From: Polymorphobacter sp.
GTDB taxonomy: Bacteria; Pseudomonadota; Alphaproteobacteria; Sphingomonadales; Sphingomonadaceae
DNA length: 63,893 nucleotides
Reading direction: 5' to 3'
Assembly (NCBI GenBank): GCA_031422995.1
Contig: JANPEP010000008.1
Span: 1-63,893 of the forward strand
Positions 28,543 to 38,948 of this stretch are shown here, piece by piece (the first letter of the stretch is position 1; every line of letters begins with the position of its first letter). The notes under the pieces were generated by a model, which was not told where the DNA came from, ran no database searches, and worked only from the letters and a program-made list of their open reading frames with translations. The position numbers were made by a program, and so were the translations under genes.

Positions 28543-30334
28543 CATCAAACGCCACCGTCAACCTTTCCGCCTCACTCTCAAACCCCGTCGTCCCATGCCA
28601 GAAATACGACGGAAACAGCACCAGCCGCCCCGCCGCCGGCACCACCACCCGCCTTGCCTCCAGCGTCAGCCCCAGCGCCGCCTCCGGCACCCCGAACGCC
28701 AGCGCCCCGCCCGTCCCCGCCGCCACCTCCGCCGGCACCCCGATATACAGCGCCGAACTCATCCACCCCTCCGGATGCACGTGGCTGACATGGAATCCCT
28801 GCTCCTTCAACCGCACCGACCATGATCCGGCCAGCGCAATCCGCCCGGTGTTGCGCCCCAGAAACGGATGCCCGGCATCACGCGGCAACCCGGCAATCGC
28901 TGCCTCCACCGTCGCCACCACAGCGTCCTGCAACGCCCGCACCACCGGGTCAACGCTGTCGAACAACCGCCCACGCGTCTGCGTGCCCCCCCGCAACGAT
29001 TGCTCCGCCGGCGCCGCCAGCGTCACGTGCATCCGCGTCAACACCGGCGCCAGATCATCCAGAAACCCGCGCAAGTCGCTCCACCCAGCCGGCACCACCA
29101 GGTCCTGCACCATCACCAGCCGGTCATAATCCGCCAGCCATGCCTCCCGCGCATCGCCCATCAACCGCCAGATGATCGTCAACAGCGCCCAGGGGGATTG
29201 CGCCATCGGTGCCAACCGCGTCGCCGCCAGCGCACACGCTTCGGCCCGCGCCAGATCGCCCGTCTGCAAGAACAGGTGCGCCAGGTGATTCTGCACCCCC
29301 AGACTCTGCTGGTCCGCCGCCAACGCCGCCGCAATCGCTGCCGGTGCATCTCCCATCACCGTCAACGCCGCAATCCGCGCCATCGTCCAGTCGCCATGCG
29401 GACCATGCGCGACCTCGGCTGCGGCCGCCCATTCCAGCATCGCCGCCGCATCACCCACCGCCCGCGCCGTGCCGATTGCCGCCACCCACACCGCGCGATC
29501 CATCGGCCTTTGCAACGCCTGCCGATACCCGGCCAAGGCTTCGGCCCCGCGCCCGATCTGCGGCAACAGCAACGCCAGCGCATCCTGCGCCTCCACATAC
29601 CCCGGCGTGGCCGCAATCACCGCCCGATATTGCGCCACCGCCTCGTCAAACCGCCCCAACTCCGCCAGCACCGCCGCCCGCGTCGAACCCGTCTCGGGCG
29701 CCGTCAAACCATCGCGCATCGCCTGCTCAAACGCCGCCAGCGCCGCCTCGGGCTCGCCAATCATCCGCAGCCCCGTCGCCAGATTATGCCGCGCCCGCAA
29801 ATCCCGCGGGTTGATCGCCAACACCCGCCGCCACGCCGCCACCGCCGCTACCGGCTGCCCACGTTGCTGCTCCAGAAACGCCAATGCACTCCACGCCCGG
29901 GCGTCCTTGGGTGCCAACGCCGTGGCCCGCCCCGCCGCCATCTCGGCAACGTCCCAATCCGCATCCCTGGCCGCGCCCAGAGCCAGATTGATCCACGCCT
30001 CCACATGCCCCGGCGCCGCCGCAACGGCCTTGCGCAGCGCCGCCATCGATCCGGCGGCATCCCCCATCGCGCCCAACAGATTGGCGTAACTGTTCCAGAT
30101 CCCGGCATTGCCCGGCGCCGCCGCCAATGCTGACTCATACAAGGACCGCGCTTCATCCCGCCGCCCCTGCAATTCTGCCGCAATCGCCCGCAAATACAGC
30201 GCGTCCGGGTGCGCACGCGCCGCCATCGACAAGCTGCGCAGCGCCTGTTCCGCACCTGCCCCGGCACCCGATTGCAATAACCCCAGCGCCCGCTGCAACA
30301 CCGCCATGTCGGCGGCTGCCAACCCCGCGATCAC
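28517..30334 (-). CDS. TPR-repeat protein fused to putative 2OG-Fe(II) oxygenase
   Basis: Multiple TPR-like helices, QSLRGGTQT, HVSHVHPEGW, FPSYFWHGT, RLTVAFD; GTG start overlapping upstream stop (ATG 30307 is an alternative). Confidence 0.85.
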   Translation of the reverse strand: MIAGLAAADMAVLQRALGLLQSGAGAGAEQALRSLSMAARAHPDALYLRAIAAELQGRRDEARSLYESALAAAPGNAGIWNSYANLLGAMGDAAGSMAALRKAVAAAPGHVEAWINLALGAARDADWDVAEMAAGRATALAPKDARAWSALAFLEQQRGQPVAAVAAWRRVLAINPRDLRARHNLATGLRMIGEPEAALAAFEQAMRDGLTAPETGSTRAAVLAELGRFDEAVAQYRAVIAATPGYVEAQDALALLLPQIGRGAEALAGYRQALQRPMDRAVWVAAIGTARAVGDAAAMLEWAAAAEVAHGPHGDWTMARIAALTVMGDAPAAIAAALAADQQSLGVQNHLAHLFLQTGDLARAEACALAATRLAPMAQSPWALLTIIWRLMGDAREAWLADYDRLVMVQDLVVPAGWSDLRGFLDDLAPVLTRMHVTLAAPAEQSLRGGTQTRGRLFDSVDPVVRALQDAVVATVEAAIAGLPRDAGHPFLGRNTGRIALAGSWSVRLKEQGFHVSHVHPEGWMSSALYIGVPAEVAAGTGGALAFGVPEAALGLTLEARRVVVPAAGRLVLFPSYFWHGTTGFESEAERLTVAFDAQPRPRAA

Positions 30335-30828
30335 CCGCCCGGCCACGGCCGCCAGGCCGCCCGTTCCGCCTCCAGCACCGCCAGCCGCTCGGCACCAAAC
30401 CCTCGGCCCAATTGCGCCGCCAAATCTTCTGCCGCCTTCGCCGTGCCATTGCCGCCACCGGCCGCCAGCTTCGCCCAAACCCAGGCCCTGCCGGTATCGG
30501 CCCGCACGCCATGCCCGCCGGCCAATGCCTTGGCCAATGCCAGCTGCGCCGGTGCATAGCCGCGGTTCGCCGCCCGTAACCACCATCCAACCGCCGCCGC
30601 GCCATCGGCGCCGCCACCCAAGCCCTTGGCGGCCATTACCCCCATCAGTGTTTCCGCAATCGCCGAACCGCGATCCGCCACCGGCCGCAACTTGGCCCGC
30701 GCCGCCGCATAATCCCCCGCTGCATAGGCCGAAAGCCCGGCTTCCAGCGCCGCAGCCGCGCTTTCCACGGCAACAGCCGGGCTCGCAATCAACCCCGCAG
30801 CAAATCCCGCCACTATCCGCCGCATCAT
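30331..30828 (-). CDS. Sel1-repeat exported protein
   Basis: Signal peptide, WWLRAANRGYAPAQLAL...GHGV. Confidence 0.82.
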   Translation of the reverse strand: MMRRIVAGFAAGLIASPAVAVESAAAALEAGLSAYAAGDYAAARAKLRPVADRGSAIAETLMGVMAAKGLGGGADGAAAVGWWLRAANRGYAPAQLALAKALAGGHGVRADTGRAWVWAKLAAGGGNGTAKAAEDLAAQLGRGFGAERLAVLEAERAAWRPWPGG

Positions 30829-30864
30829 CAAATTCGCTTCATCATCGTGCCCGGCCATACCGCG

Positions 30865-32928
30865 TCACCCGGACCGCAGCAACGCCACCCCGGCATCGCG
30901 CTCGAACAAATACAACAGCGTCCGCGCCGCCTGCCCCCGTGGCCCCGCCAAGCCACCATCCCGGTCCAGCAACAAGCGCGCATCATCCCGCGCCATGCCG
31001 ACGAACTTTGCCGTCCGCTCCGGGTCCGCCAGCCGAAATGCCGCCTCCCCCGATTGCCTTACCCCCAAAATCTCTCCCGCCCCGCGCAACCGCAAATCCT
31101 CCTCGGCAATCCGAAAGCCGTCATTGGTCTCGCGCATCAGTTTCAACCGCGATCGTGCCGTCTCGCTCAAGTCCCCACCGCGCAGCATCAGGCACACCGA
31201 ACGCCCCTCACCGCGCCCCACCCGCCCGCGCAACTGGTGCAATTGCGCCAGCCCGAACCGCTCCGCTGCCTCGATGATCATCAACGTCGCATTGGGCACA
31301 TCCACCCCCACTTCGATCACCGTCGTCGCCACCAGCAACCCCAACGCGCCGCTCGAAAACGCCGCCATCACCGCATCCTTCTCCGCCGGCTTCATCCGCC
31401 CATGCACCAGGCCCACGCCCCCCCCGAACCGTGCCCGCAACATCGTTGCGCGCAATTCCGCCGCTGCCTCATCCCCCGTCTCGGACCCTTCGACCAACGG
31501 ACACACCCAATACGCCTGCCCACCGTTCGAAAGATGCCGCCCCAACCCCTCCACAACTTCGTCCATCCGCTCCACGGCCATCACCCGCGTCTCGATCGGC
31601 TGTCGCCCCGGTGGCAATTCATCGATCTGCGAGCCATCCATCTCGCCATAATTGGTCAGCGCCAAACTCCGCGGAATCGGCGTCGCCGTCATCGCCAGCA
31701 AATGCGGCGGCGCCTTGGCCTTGCCCGCCAGCAACAACCGCTGCGCCACCCCGAACCGGTGCTGCTCATCCACCACCACCAGCCCCAGGTCGTGATAATC
31801 CACTGCCTCCTGGAAAATCGCATGCGTCCCGATCAATATGTCGATCCTTCCCATCGCCAGATCGCTCAGCAAATCCGCTCGCAACTTGCCCTTGTCGCGC
31901 CCCGTCAAAATCGCCACCCGCACCGGCAACCCCGCCACCATCTTCGAAATGCTGGCAAAATGCTGCCGCGCCAAAATCTCTGTCGGCGCCAGCAACGCCG
32001 CCTGCGCCCCGGCCTCCACCGCCACCAGCATCGAAACCAGCGCCACCAGCGTCTTGCCCGAACCCACATCGCCCTGCAGCAACCGCAGCATCGGCGACGA
32101 TTGCGCCATGTCGCCGGCAATCTCCCCCAGCACCCTTCGCTGAGCCCCCGTTAGCGCCCATGGCAACCCCGCCACCAAGGGCCGCGTCAACCGCCCATCC
32201 CCCGCCAACGCGCGTCCCTTGCGCTCCCGCGTATCCCGCCGCACCAGCAACAACGCCAGCTGGTTGGCCAGCAACTCGTCATAGGCCAGGCGATCCTTGG
32301 CCTTCCCCTCCCCCACCAGGTCATGCGCCGCCGCCAAAGCCGCCCGCCACCCGCTCCAGCCATGCCGCTCCAGCACGCTCGGCTCGATCCACTCCGGCAA
32401 TTCCGGCGCCCGCTCCAGCGCCAGCCCGACAATCTGCCCCATGCGCTTGTTGGTGACACCTTCGGTCAACGGATACACCGGCTCGCGCAGCATCGGCCCC
32501 ATGGCTTCGCCCGGCATCGAAATCTCGGGGTGCGAGATCTGCAATGTCTGGCCATATCGGTCCAATTTCCCCGAAATCCGCCGCATCTCCTGCACCGGCA
32601 ATTTCGATTTCGCCCAGGCCCCGGATTGCCCAAAAAACACCAGGTCGATCCATTGCCCGCCGCTATCCACCGCCCGCACCCGCAGCGGGCTCCTCGGGCC
32701 GCCGCTGTCGTGCCGCACGATCGTCAGCGTCACCACCACCGGCCGCCCCACCAGCGACTCGTCGATCCGCTCCACCTGCACCCGCTCGATCGCCATGATC
32801 GGCAAATGAAACACCAGATCCAGCGCCCGCGTCAGCTTCAGCCGCACCAGCTGCTTGACCAGCGCACTACCAACGCCCTTCAACGTGGCGGTCTCGGCAA
32901 ACAGTGGGTTGAGGATGGCGGGCCGCAT
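30865..32928 (-). CDS. recG: ATP-dependent DNA helicase RecG
   Basis: QGDVGSGKT, DEQHRFG, TATPIPR, QLRGRVGRG. Confidence 0.97.
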   Translation of the reverse strand: MRPAILNPLFAETATLKGVGSALVKQLVRLKLTRALDLVFHLPIMAIERVQVERIDESLVGRPVVVTLTIVRHDSGGPRSPLRVRAVDSGGQWIDLVFFGQSGAWAKSKLPVQEMRRISGKLDRYGQTLQISHPEISMPGEAMGPMLREPVYPLTEGVTNKRMGQIVGLALERAPELPEWIEPSVLERHGWSGWRAALAAAHDLVGEGKAKDRLAYDELLANQLALLLVRRDTRERKGRALAGDGRLTRPLVAGLPWALTGAQRRVLGEIAGDMAQSSPMLRLLQGDVGSGKTLVALVSMLVAVEAGAQAALLAPTEILARQHFASISKMVAGLPVRVAILTGRDKGKLRADLLSDLAMGRIDILIGTHAIFQEAVDYHDLGLVVVDEQHRFGVAQRLLLAGKAKAPPHLLAMTATPIPRSLALTNYGEMDGSQIDELPPGRQPIETRVMAVERMDEVVEGLGRHLSNGGQAYWVCPLVEGSETGDEAAAELRATMLRARFGGGVGLVHGRMKPAEKDAVMAAFSSGALGLLVATTVIEVGVDVPNATLMIIEAAERFGLAQLHQLRGRVGRGEGRSVCLMLRGGDLSETARSRLKLMRETNDGFRIAEEDLRLRGAGEILGVRQSGEAAFRLADPERTAKFVGMARDDARLLLDRDGGLAGPRGQAARTLLYLFERDAGVALLRSG

Positions 32929-32962
32929 TGCGTCAACGACCTAGCATGCTGCGCAGCCAACT

Positions 32963-32996
32963 AAAAACGCCGGCGACCTCGCGGCCACCGGCGTTT
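32963..32996 (-). terminator. Rho-independent terminator after the Cys-pair peptide gene
   Basis: Minus strand aaacgccggtggcc-gcga-ggtcgccggcg followed by TTTTT. Confidence 0.75.
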
Positions 32997-33018
32997 CCAT
33001 CAGTCAGGTCTCAACTGC

Positions 33019-33162
33019 TCAGCAGCAGTCGAGCACCGCGTCGCAGCACGCGGCCGCAGCCACGCAACAGGCACTGGCCGCCTTGGCCACGGCCACAGGA
33101 TTGGCCGCAAGCGCAGCCGTCGAAGCGAACAGCAAACCTGCTGCAAGAATGATCTTCTTCAT
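33019..33162 (-). CDS. 47-aa secreted peptide with CC-x5-CC-x5-CC (putative metal-binding)
   Basis: MKKIILAAGLLFASTAALA signal peptide then ANPVAVAKAASACCVAAAACCDAVLDCC; own terminator. Confidence 0.75.
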   Translation of the reverse strand: MKKIILAAGLLFASTAALAANPVAVAKAASACCVAAAACCDAVLDCC

Positions 33163-33197
33163 GATGTGTCTTTCAAAAACGAAAAAAAGGAATAAAC

Positions 33198-33515
33198 TCA
33201 AGCTATCCCAATTCGCGGCGGCGGCACATCCGGTGCCACATTCACCGCTGGGGACCCCTCCGTCACCCGCGGAAAAATCATCGCCATCGACCAGCCTGTC
33301 ACCACCGCAACCCGCGCCGGCTCCGGTTGCACCAGACAGGCCAGGCACGCCATGTCACACCCCATGGTCGGCATTGCCTGCCCATGATCACGGCCACCAT
33401 CCATCATACCCGCTTTAGTCATGCCCGCGTCCGTCACCGGGCACGCCATAACCGGCGTCACCGCACCGATCATCAGGATCGTCGCAGCAAGCATGATACG
33501 CAAAAGGCCGAACAT
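33198..33515 (-). CDS. DUF2946/CutF/CruR-like CxxC...PPP leader protein
   Basis: Signal-like N-terminus, Met-rich linker, CDMACLAC, C-terminal PDVPPPR. Confidence 0.65.
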   Translation of the reverse strand: MFGLLRIMLAATILMIGAVTPVMACPVTDAGMTKAGMMDGGRDHGQAMPTMGCDMACLACLVQPEPARVAVVTGWSMAMIFPRVTEGSPAVNVAPDVPPPRIGIA

Positions 33516-33668
33516 CTGCTTCACAATGGTCAAACTACCGCCAAGGCGCAACCGTGACAAGACGGCGCTTGAGCCACAGCCACCGCCTATCTATGAACAC
33601 TTCATATTCATCGACCGTGCTGCAAAACCTGCAGCGCGGATTTTGCATTTTCACTGGGGCCCGCCGCC

Positions 33669-33950
33669 ATGGACGAACCGGTCAGTCATGATCACCGCCT
33701 CCGTCGCCTGCGCTTCCGCGCCTGGCACCGCGGCACCCGCGAAGCCGATCTGATGATCGGCGGCTTTGCCGATCGCTACGCCGCCACCTGGACCGACACC
33801 GAACTCAAATGGTTTGAAGCCCTGCTTGATGAACAGGATGTCGACGTCATGGGCTGGGCCTTCGGTACGATCGAAGCCCCGGCCGCCTTCCACGGCCCGC
33901 TGCTCGATGCACTCAGAAAGCTCGACTATGTCGCTCTCACCATGCGTTGA
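33669..33950 (+). CDS. sdhE: Succinate dehydrogenase flavinylation factor
   Basis: RLRFRAWHRGTREADL; directly upstream of mfd. Confidence 0.92.
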   Translation: MDEPVSHDHRLRRLRFRAWHRGTREADLMIGGFADRYAATWTDTELKWFEALLDEQDVDVMGWAFGTIEAPAAFHGPLLDALRKLDYVALTMR

Positions 33951-33956
33951 CCACGG

Positions 33957-36900
33957 GTGATCGATCTCCGCCGCTTCACCGCCGCCACCACCCCGCTCAC
34001 CCTCGCCCGCTGCGCCCCCGGCTTCCTCCCCTGGCTGATGGCCGACGCCGCCCGCGCCGCGAGCGGGAGAGCCGTGTTCATCGCCGCCGACGACAGCTCC
34101 GCCCGCGCCCTCGCCGAAGCCGCCAACTATTTCGCCCCCGAAATCGAGGTCATCACCCTTCCCGCCTGGGATTGCCTGCCCTACGACCGCGCCTCCCCCG
34201 GCTTGCGGGTCGCCGCCGAACGCCTCGCCGCGCTGGCCGCGCTCGCCGAACCGCCGACCCGCGCCCAGCTCGTCGTCACCACCGTCAACGCCGTTACCCA
34301 GCGCACCCTGCCCCCCGTCCGCATCGCCGCCCTCACCGCATTGATCAAACCCGGCACCCGCATCGATCGCGATGCTCTCGCCAAAAAACTCGCCGCCAAC
34401 GGCTATGTCCGCACCGATACCGTCGTCGAAGCCGGCGAATATGCCGTCCGCGGCTCGCTCCTCGATCTCATGCCCGCCGGCTCGGATCACGCTTTGCGCC
34501 TCGATTTCTTCGGCGACGAAGTCGAAACCCTGCGCAAATTCGATCCCGCCACCCAGCGCACGCTCGGCAATGCCGAAGGCTTCACTCTGCTCCCCGTCAG
34601 CGAAGTCCTGCTCGATGAAACCCGCGTCCGCAATTTCCGCGGCAGCTATCTCGAACGCTTCGGCGCCACCGCCACCGGCGATCCGCTCTACGAAGCCGTC
34701 AGCGACAGCCGCCGCCTCGCCGGCATGGAGCATTGGCTGCCGCTGTTCGAACCCGAACTCACCACCGTCTTCGATTATCTCGGGCCACACGCCGTCATCG
34801 TCCGCGAACACGGCGCCGACAAGGCCGCCGAGGATCGCTTCGCCGCCATCGCCGATTATCACGACAACCGCACCGCCGCGCTCTCGGGCAAAAAAGGCAG
34901 CTACCGCCCGCTGCCGCCCCACGCCCTCTACCTCGCTCCCACCGAATGGTCGGCGCTGCTCAAATCCCGCACCGTCCACATCGCCAGCCCTTACGGCGTC
35001 CCCGATGGCACCCTCAACACCATCGATTGCGACGCCGATCCGGCGCGCGACTTCGCCCCCGAACGCATCGCCCAGGCCAATGGCGGCCCGCCGGTCTATG
35101 CCGAAATCAAGACCCATATCGACACCCGTCGCAAGGCCGGCGATCGCATCATCCTCGCCAGCTACTCGAACGGCGCCCGCGAACGCCTCAAGGGCCTGCT
35201 GTCCGACGAAGGGATCACCAACCTCGCCGATGCCGATAGCTGGCAACAGGCCCTCGGCCTCACCGCCAAGCACCAGGTCGCCCTCACCGTCGTCCCCCTC
35301 GAACACGGCTTCACCCGCACGGAGCCCAAAAGCAACCTCCTCGTCCTCACCGAGCAGGACATGCTCGGCGACCGCCTCGTCCGCCGCAAGCGCAGCGCGC
35401 GCAAGGCCGACGCCTTCATGGCCGAACTCGCCATGCTCACCCCGGGCGATCTCCTCGTCCACCGCGAACACGGCATCGGCCGCTACGAAGGCCTTGTTGC
35501 CATCGAAATCGCCCGCCGCCCGCATGATTGCGTCGCCCTCACCTATGATGGCGGCTCCAAACTCTACGTCCCCGTCGAAAACATCGATGTCCTCTCCCGC
35601 TACGGCACCGAATCCGAAGGCATAGCGCTGGATAAACTCGGCGGCGTCGCCTGGGCCACCCGCCGCGGCAAGATGAAGGACCGCATCCGCGAAATCGCTG
35701 GTGAACTCCTCTCCACCGCCGCCGCCCGCGCGCTCCGTGAAGCCGAACCCGCCATCCCCGATCCCCATGGCTACGCGGCTTTCTCCGACAAATTCCCCTA
35801 TGTCGAAACCGATGACCAGCTGCGCGCCATCGATGATGTCCTCGCCGATCTCGCCAGCGGCCGCCCCATGGACCGCCTCGTATGCGGCGATGTCGGCTTC
35901 GGCAAAACCGAAGTCGCCCTGCGCGCCGCCTATGCCGCCGCCCTCTCCGGCATGCAGGTCGCCGTCGTCTGCCCGACGACGCTCCTCGCCCGCCAGCATT
36001 TCGCCGGCTTCACCGAGCGTTTCGCCGGCCTCCCCATCATCGTCCGCCAACTCAGCCGCCTCGTCACTGCCAATGACGCCAAGGCCACCCGCGAAGGCCT
36101 CGCCGATGGCACGGTGGACATTGTGGTGGGCACCCACGCCATCCTCGCCAAATCCATCGAATTCAAACGCCTCGGCCTCGTCGTCGTCGACGAGGAACAG
36201 CGCTTCGGCGTCACCCACAAGGAACGCCTCAAATCGCTGAAGGCCGACGTTCACGTCCTCACCCTCACCGCCACCCCCATCCCGCGCACCCTGCAAATGG
36301 CCCTCACCGGCTTGCGCGAAATGTCGATCATCGCCACCCCGCCGGTCGATCGCCTCGCCGTGCGGACCTATGTCATGCCGTTCGATGAAGTGGTTTTGCG
36401 CGAAGCCCTGCTCCGCGAACATTACCGCGGCGGGCAAAGCTTCTTCGTCGTCCCCCGCATCGCCGATCTGCCCGACATCGAACAGTTCATCCGCGAGCAA
36501 ATCCCCGAGATCAAACCCGTCACCGCCCATGGCCAGATGTCGCCCACCGAAGTCGAAGACCGCATGAGCGCCTTTTACGACAAGCGCTACGACGTGCTGC
36601 TCTCCACCACGATCATCGAATCCGGCCTCGACATTCCCAGCGCCAACACCCTCATCGTCCACCGCGCCGATCGCTTCGGCCTCGCCCAGCTTTACCAGAT
36701 CCGTGGCCGCGTCGGCCGCGCCAAAACCCGCGCCTATGCTTATCTCACCACCCCCGCCGACCAGAGCATCACCGAAGGCGCCGAAAAACGCCTGCAAGTC
36801 CTCTCCGCCCTCGACACCCTAGGCGCCGGTTTCCAACTCGCCAGCCATGATCTCGATCAACGCGGCGCCGGCAATCTGCTGGGCGACGAACAATCCGGCC

Positions 36901-37544
36901 ACATCAAGGAAATCGGCTTCGAACTCTACCAATCGATGCTGGAGGAAGCGATCCTCGAAGCCCAGGCCAGCGCCCGCGGCGTCAAACCCCCGGCCGAAGC
37001 CTTCAGTCCCCAAATCACCGCCGAAGTCCCCATCCTCATCCCCGAGGATTATGTCCCGGACCTCAACGTCCGCATGGCGCTCTACCGCCGCCTCAATGAA
37101 ATGCAGGGCCGCCAGGACATCGATGGCTTCGCCGCCGAAATGATCGACCGCTTCGGGCCGCTGCCACTCGAAGCCGCCAACCTGCTCGCCATCATCGAGA
37201 TAAAGCTCTCCTGCCTCGCCGCTGGCGTCGCCAAGCTGGAGGCCGGCATCAAAGGCGGCCTCATCACCTTCCAGGCCGACAGTTTCGCCAACCCCGAAGG
37301 CCTGCTCGCCTGGCTCGGTCGCCTCGGCCCCCGCGCCAAAATCCGCCCCGACAACAAGCTTTTCATCGCTGCCGACTGGGCGTCCGATCACACCCGTCTC
37401 AAGGGCGCCCTGCAACTCGCCACCACACTGGCCAAACTCGCCTCAGGCGCGACCCTCAAACCCGCTGCGCCAAAAGCAACCCCAATCGCCAAGCCGCTCC
37501 CACCCCGCCCCAATGTCTTCAAGGCCAAGGTCAAGAATCGCTAG
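33957..37544 (+). CDS. mfd: Transcription-repair coupling factor
   Basis: WDCLPYDR, CarD-like [26 protein letters not shown]-terminus. Confidence 0.97.
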   Translation: MIDLRRFTAATTPLTLARCAPGFLPWLMADAARAASGRAVFIAADDSSARALAEAANYFAPEIEVITLPAWDCLPYDRASPGLRVAAERLAALAALAEPPTRAQLVVTTVNAVTQRTLPPVRIAALTALIKPGTRIDRDALAKKLAANGYVRTDTVVEAGEYAVRGSLLDLMPAGSDHALRLDFFGDEVETLRKFDPATQRTLGNAEGFTLLPVSEVLLDETRVRNFRGSYLERFGATATGDPLYEAVSDSRRLAGMEHWLPLFEPELTTVFDYLGPHAVIVREHGADKAAEDRFAAIADYHDNRTAALSGKKGSYRPLPPHALYLAPTEWSALLKSRTVHIASPYGVPDGTLNTIDCDADPARDFAPERIAQANGGPPVYAEIKTHIDTRRKAGDRIILASYSNGARERLKGLLSDEGITNLADADSWQQALGLTAKHQVALTVVPLEHGFTRTEPKSNLLVLTEQDMLGDRLVRRKRSARKADAFMAELAMLTPGDLLVHREHGIGRYEGLVAIEIARRPHDCVALTYDGGSKLYVPVENIDVLSRYGTESEGIALDKLGGVAWATRRGKMKDRIREIAGELLSTAAARALREAEPAIPDPHGYAAFSDKFPYVETDDQLRAIDDVLADLASGRPMDRLVCGDVGFGKTEVALRAAYAAALSGMQVAVVCPTTLLARQHFAGFTERFAGLPIIVRQLSRLVTANDAKATREGLADGTVDIVVGTHAILAKSIEFKRLGLVVVDEEQRFGVTHKERLKSLKADVHVLTLTATPIPRTLQMALTGLREMSIIATPPVDRLAVRTYVMPFDEVVLREALLREHYRGGQSFFVVPRIADLPDIEQFIREQIPEIKPVTAHGQMSPTEVEDRMSAFYDKRYDVLLSTTIIESGLDIPSANTLIVHRADRFGLAQLYQIRGRVGRAKTRAYAYLTTPADQSITEGAEKRLQVLSALDTLGAGFQLASHDLDQRGAGNLLGDEQSGHIKEIGFELYQSMLEEAILEAQASARGVKPPAEAFSPQITAEVPILIPEDYVPDLNVRMALYRRLNEMQGRQDIDGFAAEMIDRFGPLPLEAANLLAIIEIKLSCLAAGVAKLEAGIKGGLITFQADSFANPEGLLAWLGRLGPRAKIRPDNKLFIAADWASDHTRLKGALQLATTLAKLASGATLKPAAPKATPIAKPLPPRPNVFKAKVKNR

Positions 37545-37709
37545 GCACGGGCAGCGGCGGCCAACGCCCGCTTCACAGTGCGAACACCTAGAATTCGCCA
37601 AAAGCATTGAACGCAACGCAACCAGAACGCATCGTCAACCACAGCCATACGCCCTGCAACATCGTTAACGATTCGTCAACATCTTACCTTTCACAATCAT
37701 ACCTTGAAA

Positions 37710-37812
37710 TAGTGCAGATGCACTAAGCCTTCGAATCCCAAACACTGAAAAAACCGGGGCTTCCCTATCGTTTGAATCGCCATTGCATCGCTTTCGTGGT
37801 GCAAATGCACTA
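37710..37812. promoter_or_regulatory. Two copies of 16-bp palindrome TRGTGCARATGCACTA (37710-37725, 37797-37812)
   Basis: tagtgcagatgcacta and tggtgcaaatgcacta in an AT-rich region upstream of a LuxR-type regulator. Confidence 0.6.
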
Positions 37813-37821
37813 TGGTTGCCA

Positions 37822-38847
37822 ATGTCGAATCCTGCATATGCTGGGTTATCGACCGACCGGGGGTGCGCCATTCCAGTCCAGACACACCGCATGATCGCTG
37901 CCATCTACGATGGCGTCTTCGGCATCCCCCTCACCGGTTTTCAACGCTTCGCCGTCGATTGCATCGGCACCGTCATCGATCATGATTCTGCTGTCTGGAT
38001 CAACGGCATCAACCATGAAAACCAGGTCCACAGCTGCCTGCTCGTCAACCAGCCCGATACGCTCATCGCGCGCTACATGGCCGATTATGCCGGCATCGAT
38101 CTCGTCCGCAACCACGCCGTTCGCGCCCCCGGCCGTGCCTTCCGCATTGAAGACACCATGCCGCTGGACGCCTGGCGCAACCACCCCGCCTATCGCGAAC
38201 TCTGGCGCCCTGCCGGCATCGAACACGCCATGGCCCTCGCCGCGCTCGATCCCATCTCGCAACTCATGGAACTCATCGTGCTCTGGCGTTCCGATGCCGC
38301 CCGGCCCTTCACCCGCACCGATGTCCAGGCGCTGGAATCCATCGCCCCCCACGCCATCGCCGCCTGGCGCCATCGCCAACTGGCGCATCTTCACGAGCAG
38401 GCGGCCGAACGCCCCGCCCTCCACCACGGCGTCCGCGGCAATGCCGTGTGTGATGGCAGTGGCACGATCTACGCCTCCGATCCGCATTTCAACGCCACCA
38501 TGCGCCAACATTTCACCGGCTGGCATGGCCCTCGTCTACCCGATGGCGTCACCGCCATGTTGCGCAGCAATCGCACCACGCACACCCTCGCCGGGTTGAA
38601 TTTCACCCTCACTTTCGGCGAACTGCGTCATTTATTGTCCATCAGCGTCGCCAACAATGCGCCTCTCACCAATGCCGAATTGCGCGTCGCCACGCTTTAC
38701 GCCGAAGGCCGCACCAACGCCCAGATCGCATCCACACTCGGCATCACCAGATCGACCGTCCGCAACCAGATTGCCGCTGCCTATCGCAAGCTCGATATCC
38801 ATTCCAAGGCCGAACTTGCCCGCCGCATCCCGCAAACCCCGGCCTGA
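37822..38847 (+). CDS. LuxR-type HTH regulator with N-terminal GAF-like sensor domain
   Basis: LTNAELRVA...GRTNAQIA..LGI..STVRNQI...YRKL; start uncertain (37822 or 37891). Confidence 0.85.
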   Translation: MSNPAYAGLSTDRGCAIPVQTHRMIAAIYDGVFGIPLTGFQRFAVDCIGTVIDHDSAVWINGINHENQVHSCLLVNQPDTLIARYMADYAGIDLVRNHAVRAPGRAFRIEDTMPLDAWRNHPAYRELWRPAGIEHAMALAALDPISQLMELIVLWRSDAARPFTRTDVQALESIAPHAIAAWRHRQLAHLHEQAAERPALHHGVRGNAVCDGSGTIYASDPHFNATMRQHFTGWHGPRLPDGVTAMLRSNRTTHTLAGLNFTLTFGELRHLLSISVANNAPLTNAELRVATLYAEGRTNAQIASTLGITRSTVRNQIAAAYRKLDIHSKAELARRIPQTPA

Positions 38848-38869
38848 ATGCGCCGATTGCCACAATCGT

Positions 38870-38887
38870 CCGTCACAAAACTGTAAC
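38870..38887 (+). promoter_or_regulatory. Pho box (PhoB site)
   Basis: CCGTCAC-AAAA-CTGTAAC upstream of DUF47/pit genes. Confidence 0.65.
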
Positions 38888-38948
38888 TTTTCCCTTCGCC
38901 CAGCCTCCACAACGCGCTAAAAGACTCGTTGCCAGGGGAGCCGCCAAA

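Noticed and set aside
33163-33348. 109-aa version of the Cys-pair peptide ORF
   Set aside because: Extension overlaps the leader ORF; the signal peptide begins at ATG 33162
33651-36797. 1048-aa ORF on minus strand
   Set aside because: Antisense shadow of sdhE-mfd typical of high-GC DNA; no recognisable motifs
37665-37679. TTAA-N7-TCAA as a CtrA box
   Set aside because: One half-site mismatched, AT-rich background, no cell-cycle gene adjacent
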